From Camelus dromedarius (Eukaryota): DNA of 64,000 bases. Below the pieces are notes generated by a model that searched no databases, was not told the origin of the DNA, and saw only the letters and a program-made list of their open reading frames with translations. The position numbers were made by a program, and so were the translations under genes. Location of the stretch: NCBI RefSeq assembly GCF_036321535.1, contig NC_087437.1, forward strand, positions 90,584,001 to 90,648,000, in the 5' to 3' direction. Below are positions 40,308 to 54,172 of this stretch, piece by piece (the first letter of the stretch is position 1; every line of letters begins with the position of its first letter).

Positions 40308-41009
40308 ATTCTCCCAGAGCACTCTCAACATTGTTTATAAATCTTAGGTAATTTGATAAACTAAAAAAAGTATGTCTCTTTGCTGTTTTAATTTTCATTT
40401 TCTAAACATGAGTGAAATTGAGTGTATTTTCCTATACTAACTAGCTATTTGTATTTATTTTTTTTGAACTTGAAGTCTATGTTTGTATAACTCAGGGTTT
40501 ACCATGATAAACCCATTGTTTTCTAACAAAATACATTTATTTATTCCTTATGTTATCAAAGTATGTGGGTCTATACTGACTTTGCTGGGCTGAGCTCTGA
40601 GTTTACTCATTTTGAAACCCAGGTTGCAGGCATGGTCTATCTAGAATGTGCAGTTCTCACTGTTGGGGAGCTGAGCAGGAAGGCCCCTGTCAAGAAACCC
40701 AATAAAATCTAAAGCTTCTGTTCAGATGTGGGAACATCTAAGGTGTGACAAAATATACCCTTATATTCCATTGGCAAAGTGGGTCACAAGTCAAGACCAA
40801 ATTCAATAGGGTATGGGCACATGAAAAGAACATGGAGAGAAAAAAATATTGTAATCACATAATACAATATTACATTATGTTCTTTACTTATTTTCTATTG
40901 GTTTAATTTTATTACTTATTTATTCATAAAATCTTCACATATTGAAGAAAACATTCTTTTATCTTATTTATCATAAATATTTTCATATAAATTTTCACTA
41001 ACCTGTGGC

Positions 41010-41195
41010 TTTTATATATTATTTTATATATATATTTATATTATTTATATATATAATATTTATATATTTATATATATTATTATAAATATATTTATATATA
41101 TTATATATATACACTATATATATTATTTATGTATTTTATATATATATATAGGTATAAATAAGCATTATACATATTTATATATATATAGGTATATA
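41010..41195. repeat. AT-rich low-complexity/(TA)n tract
   Basis: Directly visible. Confidence 0.9.
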
Positions 41196-41324
41196 TAAGC
41201 ATTCTGAAACATATTGGTTAAAGTTTAAATTCATTCAACCTCTTCCTCTTATGAAAACTTTAAAAGCACATACCATAAGAAATAGCATTTCTACTTTTGA
41301 GAATTTATTCTACCTATAAATTGA
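41196..41324 (-). repeat. Inverted repeat, right arm (129 bp)
   Basis: See 40183-40307; flanked on both sides by TA repeats. Confidence 0.97.
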
Positions 41325-41831
41325 TATATATATATAATTTTAAGATATAAACCTTTATTAATATTTACCTGTATGGCCTCTTACATCATGTTAGAAAGAA
41401 TATGAAGGAATATGACTCTTTGACTATGAAAAACAACTAAGTAACAAACTGCTAAGTAAAACATGTACTCACAAAATACATATCTTGATTACAAGTATAG
41501 AGACTTTCTTTTTTCCCTAAAGCATGCATTTTAAAACAGGTAATGTTTATATTTCTCCTTTATCCAAACAGTGTATTTAAGAGGGAAGGAGTCTTTCTTA
41601 TCCTCATTTTTTAAAGATGATTTGATCAGTCTTTTAATAAGTGTTCTTCTCTAGATGTTTAGATATATTTCTCTGTGTCTATATATTTATTATTTGTGTA
41701 CAGGAGCATAAAACTCTTGAATATGTCATAAAGTTCAAGAACCTAAATCACTTCATTTGAATCATTTTCAACAAATCTCTGCCACCTAATTTGTAGTACT
41801 TTGTTACAAAAGCCCTAGAAAATTAATATAA

Positions 41832-42060
41832 GCATTCAATGGGTAAGAAATAGTCATTTTTATCAAATGAGGCTGGACAACTGGATAGTCACATGCCAAA
41901 GAAAGAAGTTGAACCCTTACCTCACACTACATATAATAATTAACTCAAAGTGCATCAAAGACCTAAATGTAAGAGCTTAAATTATCAAACACTTACAAGA
42001 AAACAGAGGGAAAATCTTCAAATTTGACAGAATTCTTAGATGTGACACCAAAAGTATGAA
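41832..42060 (+). mobile_element. L1M ORF2 fragment
   Basis: cccttacctcacac..aattaactcaaagtgcatcaaagacctaaatgtaagagct. Confidence 0.8.
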
Positions 42061-43538
42061 CATATATGTAAATTTAGACTGACAAAAGCCAAAACAGAAA
42101 GAATAGTTTCCATTTTGTTCTCATTTATTTAGAAACATAGGATTCTATTCCATTAATGCAAGGCTAGAAGTTTTCTTTCTATACATGATTATCATCCTTT
42201 TATGGAAAACTACTACAGAAAGCCCCTTGTATTTTCTGAAGAATAGCACATGGATTCAAGATTCCCTCAAAGTCTACATTTGGTCACTTTTTCAAGCCCT
42301 ATATGTTCCCATTTCATAAGCTAAAATAAAGTGTCTTCAGTTGATAATATGGTCAATTTATTACCATAAATAGAAACAAATTTATTTATTGATTGCTATC
42401 TTTACCAATATGAGATCTATGTATATATTTTTAAGTTGATAACTTATCACTTCTTTCAAGTTATTTTTATTCTTTTGTACTGATATTATTTTTGCAAAAT
42501 TTCTTGAGGACATATTAAATGTATTTTCAATTACAGTAGTGAAATAAGCAATTTTGAGGAGATGGAATCATGATGGTGGAGTAGGAAGGCCCTGAGCTCA
42601 CCTCCTCCCATGGACACACCATAGCTAAAATTAGGTATAAAATAACTCTCTTCAAGAACAACCTGAACACTAGCAGAGAATCTCTCCCACAATTAAATAT
42701 GTAAAGAAAAAACTACACCAAGATGGGTAGGAGGGGAAGAGAAGTAATCTAGTGAGGTCCCACACCCTTGGTGGTGATTGAAAAGAGGAAAATGATGTCA
42801 GAAATTTGGAGGTCCTAAGGAGAAAGGGATTCAAGCCTCACATTGGGCACACCAGCCCTCTCTGGGGACGAGCACTGGAAAGATGAGCCCCCTTAACTGG
42901 TTTGGAAAACCTGCAAGGATTAGGACCAGGAGAAGTAGACGGTTGTAGGCAACCGATACTTTACACTTCAAGGGAGCATACACAAGCTTACTCTTAGTTC
43001 CAGCACAGAGGCAGCAGATTCAAAAGCAACTGCTGCTCTAGCAGATCTGTGAAGGCCACTCCAGTACAGCCCTCAGCCGGCATCTGGCTCTGGCTCCAAC
43101 CCACCACCAAGGCAGTAGCCCCAAGTGTGTCCTGGGAGAAGTCCCAGCTAGCACCTGGCTCAAGATCTAGCACCTCTGGACCAAGTCCCACCCTGCCAAG
43201 GTGGCAGTCTCCAGTATAATCGGAAAGAAGCCCTAGTCTGTCCCGAGTTCCAGCTCTATCTCCTCCATTTCTAGCACACTCCTGCCAAGGCAGTGGCCTA
43301 CAGTGAACTCCAGATAAGTTGATGCCGGGCTTTGACTTCAGCCTCTGCTCCACCTCCACATCAAAGCATGTCCTGGGAAAAGCCTTGGCCTATGCTTGGC
43401 TATAGCTCCAGCTCTCTTGCCAAAGGCACTGGGCACACACAGTCTGCATAGTGATGCTCCTAATAAGTAAATGCCTTCAAGACTAGGGGGGGTAACTGTT
43501 TTACCTAATTCAAAGAGACAAACACAGAGTAAAACAAA

Positions 43539-44396
43539 ATGAGAAGACAGAGGAATATGTTCCAAATGAAAGAACAAGATAAAGGTACAGCAAAAATCTC
43601 TAATGAAACAGATATAAGTAATTTTCCTAATAAAAAGTTCAAAGCAACAATCATAAAAATGGTTACTGAAATCAGGAGTATAAACACAGTGAAAACTTCA
43701 ACGAAGAATTAGAAAATGTAAAAAAGAACCAATCACAGCTGAAGAATGTATTAATTGAAATAAAAAATACACTAGAGAAAATAAGCAGCAGATAAGGTAA
43801 TACAGAACACGTAAACAACCTGGCAGACAGAATAGTGGAAATCACTCAATCAGAACAGCATTTTAAAATGAAGATAGTTTAAGGAAACTCTGAGACAAAA
43901 TCAGACATACTAATGTTTGCATTATAAGCATGTCAGAAAGAGAACAGAGAAAGAAAGGGGCAACAAAGATATTTGATTAAATAATTGCTGAAAACTTCCA
44001 TCACTTGTGGAAGAAAAGAGATATCCAGAAGCACAGAAGGTTCCAATCAAGATGAACCAAAAATATCCACACCAAGAGATATCATAATTAAAATGACAAA
44101 GTTAAAGATACAGAGATAATTTTAAAGGCAGCAAGAGAAAAAAAAGTTACATGTAAGAAAACCCCCATAGGGCTATTGGCTGATTTTTCATCAGAAACTT
44201 TGCAGGGCAGAAGGAGTGACATTATACATTTATAGTGCTAAAAGGGGAAAAAAAACAACAACCAAAGATACTCTACCCAGTAAGGTTATCACTCAGAATC
44301 AAATGAGAGATAAGGAGTTTCCCAGACTAGCAAAATCTAAGAGTTCATCAACACTAAACTGGTCTTACAAGAAATGTTAAAAGGTCTTCTCTTTAA
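43539..44396 (+). pseudogene. L1 ORF1p remnant
   Basis: Begins MRRQRNMFQMKEQDK; multiple stops and frameshifts. Confidence 0.85.
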
Positions 44397-44863
44397 GTAA
44401 AAAAGAAAAAGCTATAAAAAAAAAAAAGAAAATATAGGAAGAAAAAATATTGCAATGATAAAAGCAGATATATAGTGGATCAGTGGATCAACCACTTAAA
44501 TAAGTTAGTATAAAGATTAAAAGACGAAAGTCATAAAAGCAACTATAACTACAAGTAGTAGTTAAGTGATGAAAAAGATGTAAAATATGATATCAAGAAC
44601 ATAAAAAGTGAGGGGGAGTAAAAAAGGTAGAGCTTTTAAAGTGTATTTGAACATAAACAATTATCTGCCTAAAACAAATAGATATTATATATAGGTTGAT
44701 ATATATTAACTTTGTGGTAACCACAAACCAAAAACCTATCACAGGTATATAAAAAACAAAGAGAAAAAAAACCCAAACATAATACTAAAAAATTATCAAA
44801 CTCCAAAGGAAGAAACTAAAAGAATAGAGAAGAACTATAAGAACAACCAAAAAAAGTAACAGA

Positions 44864-46401
44864 ATGACAAAAAGTACATACCTATCAATAATCACTATAA
44901 ATGTAAATGAATAAATGGATCAAGTAAAGGATATAGGGTGGCTGAATGGATTTTAAAAAAAGATACACCTATCTGCTGCCTATAAGGAGCTCACTTCAGA
45001 GCTAAAGATACACACAGAGTAAAATTTAAGGGATGGAACAAGACATTCTATAAAATGAAAACAAAAAGAAAGCTGGGAAAGCAATACCCATATCAGACAA
45101 AGCAGATTTTTAAAACAAAGACTATAACAAAAGACGAGGAAGGGCACTCTATAATGATAAAAGGGTCAATTCAGGAAGAGGGTATGACATTTATGCATAT
45201 AACAAAGAAGCACCTAAATATATAAAACAAATATTAATAGACATTAACAGGAAAACTGGTGGTAATATAATAAGAATAGGAGAAATTAATACACCCACTT
45301 ATAACAATGAATAGAACATACAGACAGAAAATCAATAAGGAAAAAGTGGCCTTAAACAATACAGTGATCCAGATGGACTTAGATACCTTTAGAACACTCC
45401 ATCCAAAACCAGCAAAATACATATTCTTTTCAAGTGCACATGGAAAATTCTCCAGGATAGATCACATGTTATGTCACAAAGCAAGTATCAGTAAATTTAA
45501 GACTGAAATCATATCAAGCATCTTTTCTGACCATAAAGGTATGAAACTAGAAATCAATTTCAGGAAAAAGGGGGGAAAACAAATGAATGGAGACAAAGCA
45601 ACCTACTACTGAAAAACTAATGGGTTGAGGAAATCAAAAGATACCTTCAGGTGAGTGAAAAGATAAACACAACTTTCCAAAATGTTTGGGAGATAGAAAA
45701 AGCACTTCTAAGATGGAAGTTTATAGCCATACAGTCTTATTCCAGGAAAAAGAATCTCAAATAAACAACCTGACTTACACATAAATGAATTAAAAAAAGA
45801 AGAATCAACCAGGCCCAAAGTTAGTAGAAGAAAGGAAATAATATAGATCAGAGCAGAGATAAATAAAAGAGACTAAAAAAGGAAAGAAAAAGAAAAGATC
45901 AGTAAAACAAAGAGCTATTTTTAAAAAATAAACAAAATTGATAAACCTTTAGCCAGACTCTAGAGAAAAACAGAGAGAACACAATTAAATAAAATTAGAA
46001 ATGAAAGAGAAGTTATAGTCTATACTACATATGTACAAAAAGTCATAAGAGAATACTATAAACAATTAAATGCCAAAAAACTGGACAATCTAGAAAAAAA
46101 GGCAAAAATTCCTAGAAACATAAAATACTCCAAGACTAAACCAGGAAGAAATAGAAAGTCTGAACATACTACTACAAGTAATGAAATGTAATGTGTAATC
46201 AAAAAACTCTCAAGAAACAAAATTCCAGGAGCAGACAGTTTCACAGAGGAATTCTGCCAAACATTGAAATAAGAATTAATACCTATACTTCTCAGACTAT
46301 TCCAAAAACGGAAGAGGAGGAAACACTTTTAAACTCATTCTGTAAGTTCTGCATTAACCTGATACCATAAACAAAGGCACAAAAAAGAAAGAAAGAAAGG
46401 A

Positions 46402-46460
<59 letters not shown>

Positions 46461-48723
46461 GAAGGAAGGAAGGAAGGAAGGAAGGAAGGAAGGAAGGAAG
46501 GAAGGAAGGAAGAAAATCACAAGCCAATATCCCTGATAAATTTAGATGCAAAAATTTCAACAAAATATTAGCAAATCAAATTCAACAATAAATTAAAAGG
46601 ATCACACATCTTAATCAAGTGGGATTTAGTCTAGGATGCAGGGATGGGTCAATATCCACAAATAAACCAACATGATATATTTGCATTAATAAAATAAAGG
46701 ATAGAAATCACATGATCATCTCAATAGATGCAGAAAAAGCATTTGACTAAATTTGACATCCATTCATGATAAAAACTCCCAAAAAGAAGTATATAGAGGA
46801 AACATACCTCAAAATAATATAGACCATTTATGACAACCCCCCCCCCCCACTAACAACATACTCAATGGTTAAAACTGAAAGCATTTCCTCTAAGATCAGG
46901 AACAAGACAAGCATGCCCCTTCTCACAACTTTTAATATTGGAAATCCTAGCTGCAGCAATTAGCAAGGAAAGGAGATAAAAGGCATCCAAATTGGAAAGG
47001 AAGAAGCAAAGCTGTCATTATTTGCAGATAACATGTAGCATATGTAGACAATCCTAAAGCCTTCACCAATAAACTATGAGAACTAGTAAATGAATTCTGT
47101 AAAGTTGCAGGATATAAATTAACATCCAGAAATATGTTGCATTTCTATACTTTAATAATGAACTATTAGACAGAAATCAAGAAAACAATCCCATTTACAA
47201 TCACATAAAAAGAGTAAAATACCTAGGAATAAATTTAACCAAGGAGGTGAAAGACTTGTACTCTGAAAACTATAAGACATTGATAAAAGAATCTGAAGAT
47301 GACAGAAATAAATGAAAAGGCATACCATGTTCATGAATTGGAAGAATTAGCATTGTTATCATGACCATAGTACCCAAAGAAATCCACAGATTCAATTCAA
47401 TCCCTATCAAAATACTCATGACACTTTTCACAGAATTAGAACAAATAATTCTAAAATTTGTATGGAACCACAAAAGACCTTGAACTGCCAAAGCAATTTT
47501 GTGAAAAAAGATCAAAGCTAGGGGTATCACGCTCCCTGATTTCAAACTGTACTACAAAGCTGTAGTAATCAAGACAGTATGATACTGGCACAAGAACAGA
47601 TACCTAGGTTAATGGAGCCAAATAGAGAGCCCAGAAATAATCTCACACACTTATGGTCAGTTAATCTACCACAAAGAAGAGAAGAATATACAATGAAGAA
47701 AAGACAGTCTCTTCAATAAGTGTTACTGGGAAAACTGGACAGCTACATGTGAAAGAATGAAACTATGCCATTTTCTCATACTGTATAGAAAAATAAACCC
47801 CAAAGAGTTAGAGACTTAAATGTAAAACCTGCAACCATAAAGCTAAATGAAAACATAGGCAGTATGCTTTTTTAAAACTTCATCTTAGCAATATGTTTTT
47901 GCATCTGTCATCTCAGGCAAGGGCAATAAAAGTAAAAATAAACAAATTGGGCTGTATCAAAATAAAAAGCTTTTGTATAGCAAAGGAAATCTCAAAAAAA
48001 TAAAAAGACCATCTACTGAATGGGAGAAGATATTTATAAATAATATATCTTATAAGGGATTAATATCTAAAATAAAGGACTCATACAGCTTAATATAAGA
48101 AAAAACAATTCAATTAAAAATGGGCAGGGGACCTGAATAGGCATTTTTACAAAGAACATATACAGATGGCCAGCAGGCACAGGAGAAGATAGATGCTCAA
48201 CATTACTCATCACTAGGAAAATGCAAGTCAAAACCATCATGAGATATCACTTCACACCTGTCAGAATGGCTATGACCAAAAAGACAAGAAACAAGTGTTG
48301 GCAAGGATGTAGAGGAAAGGGAACCCTAGTGCACTATTGGAATGTAAATTGGTAGAGCCACTATGGAAAACATTAGAGTATTCCTCAAAAAATTAATTAG
48401 AATTATCATAAGATCCAGCAAATCTTGGGTGTCTACCCAAAGAAAATGAAAACGCTAAGCAAAAAAGATACATGAACGCCAAGGTTCACTGTAGCATTAT
48501 TTACAAAAGCCAAGATATAGAAGCAACATAAGTGTTCATTGACAGATAAAGAGATAAAAATTATGTGGTGTATGTATACAATGGATTATTACTCAGCCAT
48601 AAGAAAGAATGAAATCTTGACATTTGACACAACATAATGGACCTGAAGTGTATTATGCTAAGTGAAATAAATCAGACAGAGAAGACAAATATTGTATAAA
48701 AATAACTTAAATGTGGAATCTAA
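44864..48723 (+). pseudogene. L1 ORF2p remnant (endonuclease/reverse transcriptase)
   Basis: FSSAHGKFSRIDHML..SDH endonuclease motifs; ttatttgcagataacatg near 47018 is the decayed FADD motif; many disruptions. Confidence 0.9.
46381..46512 (+). repeat. (GAAA)n(GGAA)n compound microsatellite inside L1 ORF2
   Basis: Directly visible ~130-bp pure purine tract. Confidence 0.97.
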
Positions 48724-51149
48724 AAAGCAAATGAACAAATAAAACAACCAGGGACTCACAGATATAGAGAACAAACCAGTGCTTGCTAGAGGAAAATAGA
48801 GTAGGGAATGAAGTAAGAGAAGGTGATTAAAATGTTCAATCTACTGGTTATAAGATAAATGAGTCACAGAGATGTACAATCCAGAGAATATAATCAATAA
48901 TATTATAATAACTTTGTAGAGTATATAATCTGTAAAAGTATCAAATCAATATGTTGGACACTCAAAAGTAATATAGTATTGTAAGTCAACTATACTTTAA
49001 TAAAAATAAACAATTTTTAATAAATAGCACTATATCTTCATTTTTTTTTTGAAAATTTCTGCTCCATATGCCTGGCCACTTACAGTTGCTGATGACTGAG
49101 AAGTTATTAAAAATTCTCAAAAGAAATTTTACTATGTTTGTAGGGAATGTGTTGTTTTACTTCCGGCTGTTGCAGTCTATTTTCTTGGTACAGGGATCCA
49201 TTTATATTTGTTAATGACATTCTTGTGATGTTTGTGTACCTTATAAAGATTGGGATCTAAGTCGTCTATCCTGCTTATTTGCCACTTAATGCCCTGCAAT
49301 TCAATGAAGTAGGAGCCCTCTCCTACCCTTCTCTTGTTCTATTTAAGAATCCAAAATGTGAATCAGGAAGTACATATACTGGGAGAAAACAACAGAGTAC
49401 ACTGGAGAGTATATTAAAGACTAGAGTGAGCAGTTTAATGTCTGTTCCATCAGTGTGGGCCAAGCAGACAACTGACGAGTAACATCAATTATTTTAGCTA
49501 ATCTTATTTCTTCAAAGTGACAGAACAAAATGGTTTAAAAGACAATCTGATTTTTTTCAGAAAACAATTTTTAACAGACAAATTATTTAGTCATGGGGTC
49601 ATTTATCTAAGAAAACCTATGCATGGAATTGTATTTCATTTGGCCTTGAAATATGTTTAATTCACTGACAGACTTGAGCTAAATTAGTATCTTATGTTAA
49701 GCTGGATTTTTTCCTGGCACAAAAAATAAATAAAGTTGAAAATACTTATCAGGGAAGGATTTCTTTTATACTATCTGGATATCTATCATCCTTTCCAAAA
49801 ACAAAAATCAAAAAACAACCCACACTTCCTGGGGAAGTGGTTGTACAGGTAGGTCCATTTATGACTGTTAAGAAATTTTAAGACAAATGTCCAAGTCAGC
49901 ATTAAGAGGGACCTTGAAATGGGAATATATTCTACCTTTTGGTAAAAAAGCAGTCATTATCTGTGATGCAAAAATTCCATAATAATTACTTTACTGGGCA
50001 TTTGAGATGTGCTTGATTCTTTTTATTTAAGTTAAGTGATAGCCAGCAAAATCTACTTTGTATATAATTTTTATTAATTTATACTTAGCTTATATTTCCA
50101 CATTAAAAGGTAGAATTCTTTCCATTGTTTGCCATATTTCTATAAATTATAAGATGAGTTTATTGAAATATAATAAATTTACTTAGTAAGCTCCAAAAAT
50201 AACATTTTTTGCTATGGTAGAGATGGTGACAAGGACTTCAAAATTCTCTGCTATCCCTTTAACTAGTTATAAAATAGCCTGTCCCTAAGATTAATTTGAA
50301 CATTCTGTGACTTATAAAATAACTGACTGTGCAACCAACTTTTTAAAGGTCACAGAGAATTGAATAGGGGTAGATGGGTAAGATGTTTAAATGACTTTTT
50401 TTTTTTTTTTTTTTAAGGTATGAGTTTTTCTCTAAAGCCTTAGAGAAACCTTTGGCCCAGAAAGTAGTTGAGTAGGGATTAAGTTCTTGCAGGGGAAAAA
50501 AAAGTTTGTTCCCTGAAGGTATTATAAGGATCCTAGCTGTTGGGGTACATACTCCCTGGTTTTGATTGGCAGTGAAATGTCAAAGCTTAAAATCCTAAAC
50601 CACTAAATTACCTGCCTTAATCAGGCAACCTTGTCTACTCACATTCTTCAGGATCGGCCAAGAGCTGCTGATCTCTGAGTTTCTTTCTTTCTTTTGGCTG
50701 GGTAGACACCTCTTTCTGCCCCTTCAATTGTACAGTTTTTTTTTCCCCCCAAAGAGAGTCTTTTTTTTCCTATGATACTTCTTTATAAAACTTTTACTTA
50801 TAAAACTCTTATAGAGAATGACAAAAAGAGTATGACCACTGAATTTATCGAACAGGAGTATAACTTAACTTTATGTATCTAGATTTTTCAGAGGAGACAT
50901 GTCTAGATATGTAATAATTTAATAGTGACTATTATTAATAATAATAGCATATATAATATAAAATATAGTAATTTCATGTATACATATGATATAGATGTCT
51001 ATATCTATATTTATATAAATACATGCATATATACAGAGAGAATTTGGAGCAATCTAGGTGGGCTCTGAACTCTATTTACATTGGATATATTTTTTTATTA
51101 GACTTATTTTTTTCAGTAGGCAAAAATGTCTTACACTTTTAAAATTTTT

Positions 51150-52040
51150 GGCCATTATAGGCTACAATTACAGGCTACAATGACTATACAATTTTCTCAG
51201 GCTCTTTGCCTGTTCTGAAATAGCCAACCTCAACATATACTCTGTCTCAAACTCCTACCACATTAACTATTTGCCAAGCTCTGCTTCACTTGGCCAGACT
51301 GTGAGCAACTACATAAAATCCTGTAGTTCACGGATTTTAGTTCAAGAGTTTTGATTTCTGTGTCATTTAGTACAGGTCAGCAATGGGCCCATCAAACACT
51401 TTGGCTCCTTCAAAATTAGCAAATTGACTCCTATGCCCTAAATATCAATTAATTCCAGGTGTGATAAAATTATGTCCCACCAATCTTGGTTGAGGATCTT
51501 TCAAATTCTATTTCTACGAATTTACCACTCATGTTTTAATGATGACAATTGGACAAATCCTTAAATTCTTTATTTGTGTAACATTTTTATTTCTTGCTCT
51601 TATAAATTTTATCATAATCTACTACACCCAAGGCCCGGTTGAATATATATTCCATTTTCTTGTCATTCAGTAGTCAACTGGGGAGGAACTTCTGGCTTTC
51701 TTATTCATCTAGGAAGTTCTTCAGTCAAGGATGACACTACATTTCTAAAAAGGTTGCACAGTGGCACTTTGGGGATTGGCCTATTTCTTGTTTTTCAATT
51801 AATCTGTAGTATCCTCACAGCAAATAGGAACAACCCAGTCCTTTCTGATCAGAGCTCTAACTTTCACATAGGAGATATGGTCAGCTATAATTCAACTAAT
51901 CTGTAATTCTGTAAGCTGCAAAGTCAGTATCTGGGTTTGGTCTTCAGTGATTTCTGTTCTCAGCAATTCTGTTCTCAGTGATTTCTTCAATAGCTCACAA
52001 ATCCCTGCATATTATACCTCTCATGAGGAGATAACTTAGG
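51150..52040 (-). mobile_element. ERVL/MaLR internal (gag-derived) fragment
   Basis: Reverse complement of ~51835-51960 (ctgaagaccaaacccagatact..gaattacag..gtgaaagttagagctctgatcagaaagga) resembles recalled ERVL/MLT-int sequence; boundaries uncertain. Confidence 0.55.
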
Positions 52041-52169
52041 AATTTTATTTGTCTTTTATTTAATTTAATTTATCAAATGCTGTATAAAGTATCCACCTCA
52101 CCCACAAAGAGGAATTTTACCTTCTCCATAGTAGAGGGAATCTAGTACCCTCAGTTTCATTCTAACTCA

Positions 52170-52697
52170 GATAGTTGTTTGCCTTCTCAGAACCCATTCC
52201 CCTGTACTTCTTTTCCTAAATGAACCAACAATTTAATTTCCCATTATGTCCTCGCATTACACAGAAGATGACTCCATTCCAATTCTAGATAAGGTCCCTG
52301 ATTTTACTTATGCAATCAGTATACTTCATCTTCCTAGCCACAGTCACGGGTAGATACATGACCTAGTTTGTCCATTTAGACTGAATACAAAGATTAATTT
52401 TGGAATACTGGGAAAGTGATATACTCAAATAAAGGTTAAATTGTTTGCTTCTATTTTTTTGTAAATGAGAGAAGCCAGAGTAAGAAAAGGGCTTCATACA
52501 GGATAGGACCAAGAAGAAGTCTCAGAGAAATGGTACCTGGAGCTCAATCACACTAAGCATGAAGACTGGTTTGCCATTTTTAATCCTTACAGTTATATTC
52601 CACACCCCTCAACCCCGACCCCCAAAAAGACAAATTATTAAGGCAATCGGAATTGGGATTTCTGTTACTTAAAAGAACAAAGACTTCTACTGTTATA
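52170..52697 (+). mobile_element. MLT1K-like LTR
   Basis: cttcctagccacagt..acatgacctagttt; terminal gaattgggatttctgttactt. Confidence 0.6.
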
Positions 52698-52889
52698 TCC
52701 TCAATGAGAATGTGGTTCTAAGTGACCATAAGCAATAACTTCATCTGCTAGTTTATCACTGAATACTATGGACAACTAGAAACTTATCCTATAATATGAA
52801 TGGAGATCTTATTTTCTTTCATTAAGGCTTAGCCTAATGAACAAGTCTAAATAGTCCACATTTTAAAAAACAATTTTAAACTCATTTAC

Positions 52890-53300
52890 TATATTGTTAG
52901 TCAGGACTTTAGTCTTGCAAGTAAAACTGTTCTAAGCAAAAAGAGGAAGTTGTAAGCACATTTCATGACACTTCATAATAATAGAACTGGTTCTAGGCAT
53001 AAATAGGTGTCAAGTCCAAATGATGTCTTTAGGACTTTCTCTGTCTCCATCTCTCTTCCTCACCTCCACCATCTCTCAGATTTCCACCTCTCTTCATTTG
53101 ATTTTCTTGTAACCAGTCTTTACACTTGACTCAGTTAGATGGTGACTAGTCCAATTGTGTTTATTGTCAGTTCCTCTAGCCAGGAAGCTGAATTGTCTGG
53201 ATTGAATGGGTTTTGGACACATGTGCACAAATGGAACAATAGATTGGGGGAAAGTTGCACCAAAACCACATACATTAAAATTTGGGAAGAAACAGTTTAC
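52890..53300 (-). mobile_element. MLT1K/L-like LTR
   Basis: ttagtcaggactttagtcttgcaagt..taagcaaaaagagg, caaatgatgtctttaggac. Confidence 0.55.
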
Positions 53301-53540
53301 TAAAGGAAATCTGCTTGGTGATACCTTAAATATAAATTCTCACTGTGTAGTAAACTTTCTGTGTATATGGTTTTTATTATATTCTAGAAGAAAAAGAATA
53401 GATAACTATTACAACTTTCTTCTACTCTTTTTTTCTGTTCCCCAAAGGAGAATTGCCTGCATAGTAATTCTGCAAGAAACACTGTAATCTTAGGTGAGGT
53501 TTAGGAATTGACAAACTGTATTCTAAGATGAGTTCCCTGG

Positions 53541-54111
53541 CAAAGATACATGCACCCCAGTGTATGTAGCAGCACTATTTACAATAGCCAAGACATGAAA
53601 ATAACCTAAATGTTCATTGACAGATAGGATAAAGAAGTTATGGTATATATATTCAATGGAATACTTAGCCATAAAAATTAATTAAATAATGTCATTTGCA
53701 GCAATATGGATGGACCTAGAGATTATCGTACTAAGATTATCGTGAGACAGAGAAAGACAAATATTACAAGATATCACTTATATGTGGAATCTGAAAAATA
53801 TGAGACAAATGAATTTATTTATAAAACAGAAAGATACTCTCAGACATAGGAAACAAACTTAATGGTTGCCAAAGGTTGCCGGGAGGGATAAATTAGGAAT
53901 TTGGGATGATCAGATACAAACTACTGCATATAAGATATATAAACAACAAGGACCTACTGTATAGCACAGGGAACAATATTCAATATCTTATAATAACTTA
54001 TAATGAAAAAGACTGTGTGTATATATATGTATGTATGACTGAATCGTTATGCTATACACCGAAAACTAACAGAGCATTGTAAATCAACTATACTTCAATT
54101 AAAAAAAAAAA
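53541..54111 (+). mobile_element. 5'-truncated L1 with poly(A) and 16-bp TSD
   Basis: TSD aagatgagttccctgg (53525-53540) / aagacgagttcactgg (54112-54127), 14/16. Confidence 0.95.
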
Positions 54112-54172
54112 AAGACGAGTTCACTGGTAGCCAGTTATTAATTTGGAACCTTTGCATTGCCACACCTTCCAC

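Larger units (their letters stand above)
39700..41760 (-). mobile_element. Ancient L1ME-like fragments with an MLT1-like insert at ~40484-40875
   Basis: T-rich decayed reverse L1 motifs; insert has tattccattggcaaagtgggtcacaagtcaagacc. Confidence 0.55.
42556..49003 (+). mobile_element. Full-length inactive LINE-1 (~6.45 kb)
   Basis: GC-richer 5' UTR, ORF1 from ATG 43539, ORF2 from ATG 44864, 3' UTR with AATAAA; TSD aaataagcaatttt (42542-42555) / aaataaacaatttt (49004-49017), 13/14. Confidence 0.95.

Noticed and set aside
42994..43359. 121-aa antisense ORF in the L1 5' UTR as an ORF0-like gene
   Set aside because: Lies in a GC-richer decayed tandem array where stops are scarce; no resemblance I can support.
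43060..43430. Periodic motif as a CRISPR-like array
   Set aside because: Units are degenerate tandem monomers inside a mammalian L1; no identical repeats with unique spacers and no cas genes.
50396..50424. Poly(T)-AAG|GTATGAG as a recursive splice site
   Set aside because: Acceptor is AAG rather than YAG, donor is not GTRAG, and no host transcript is evident.
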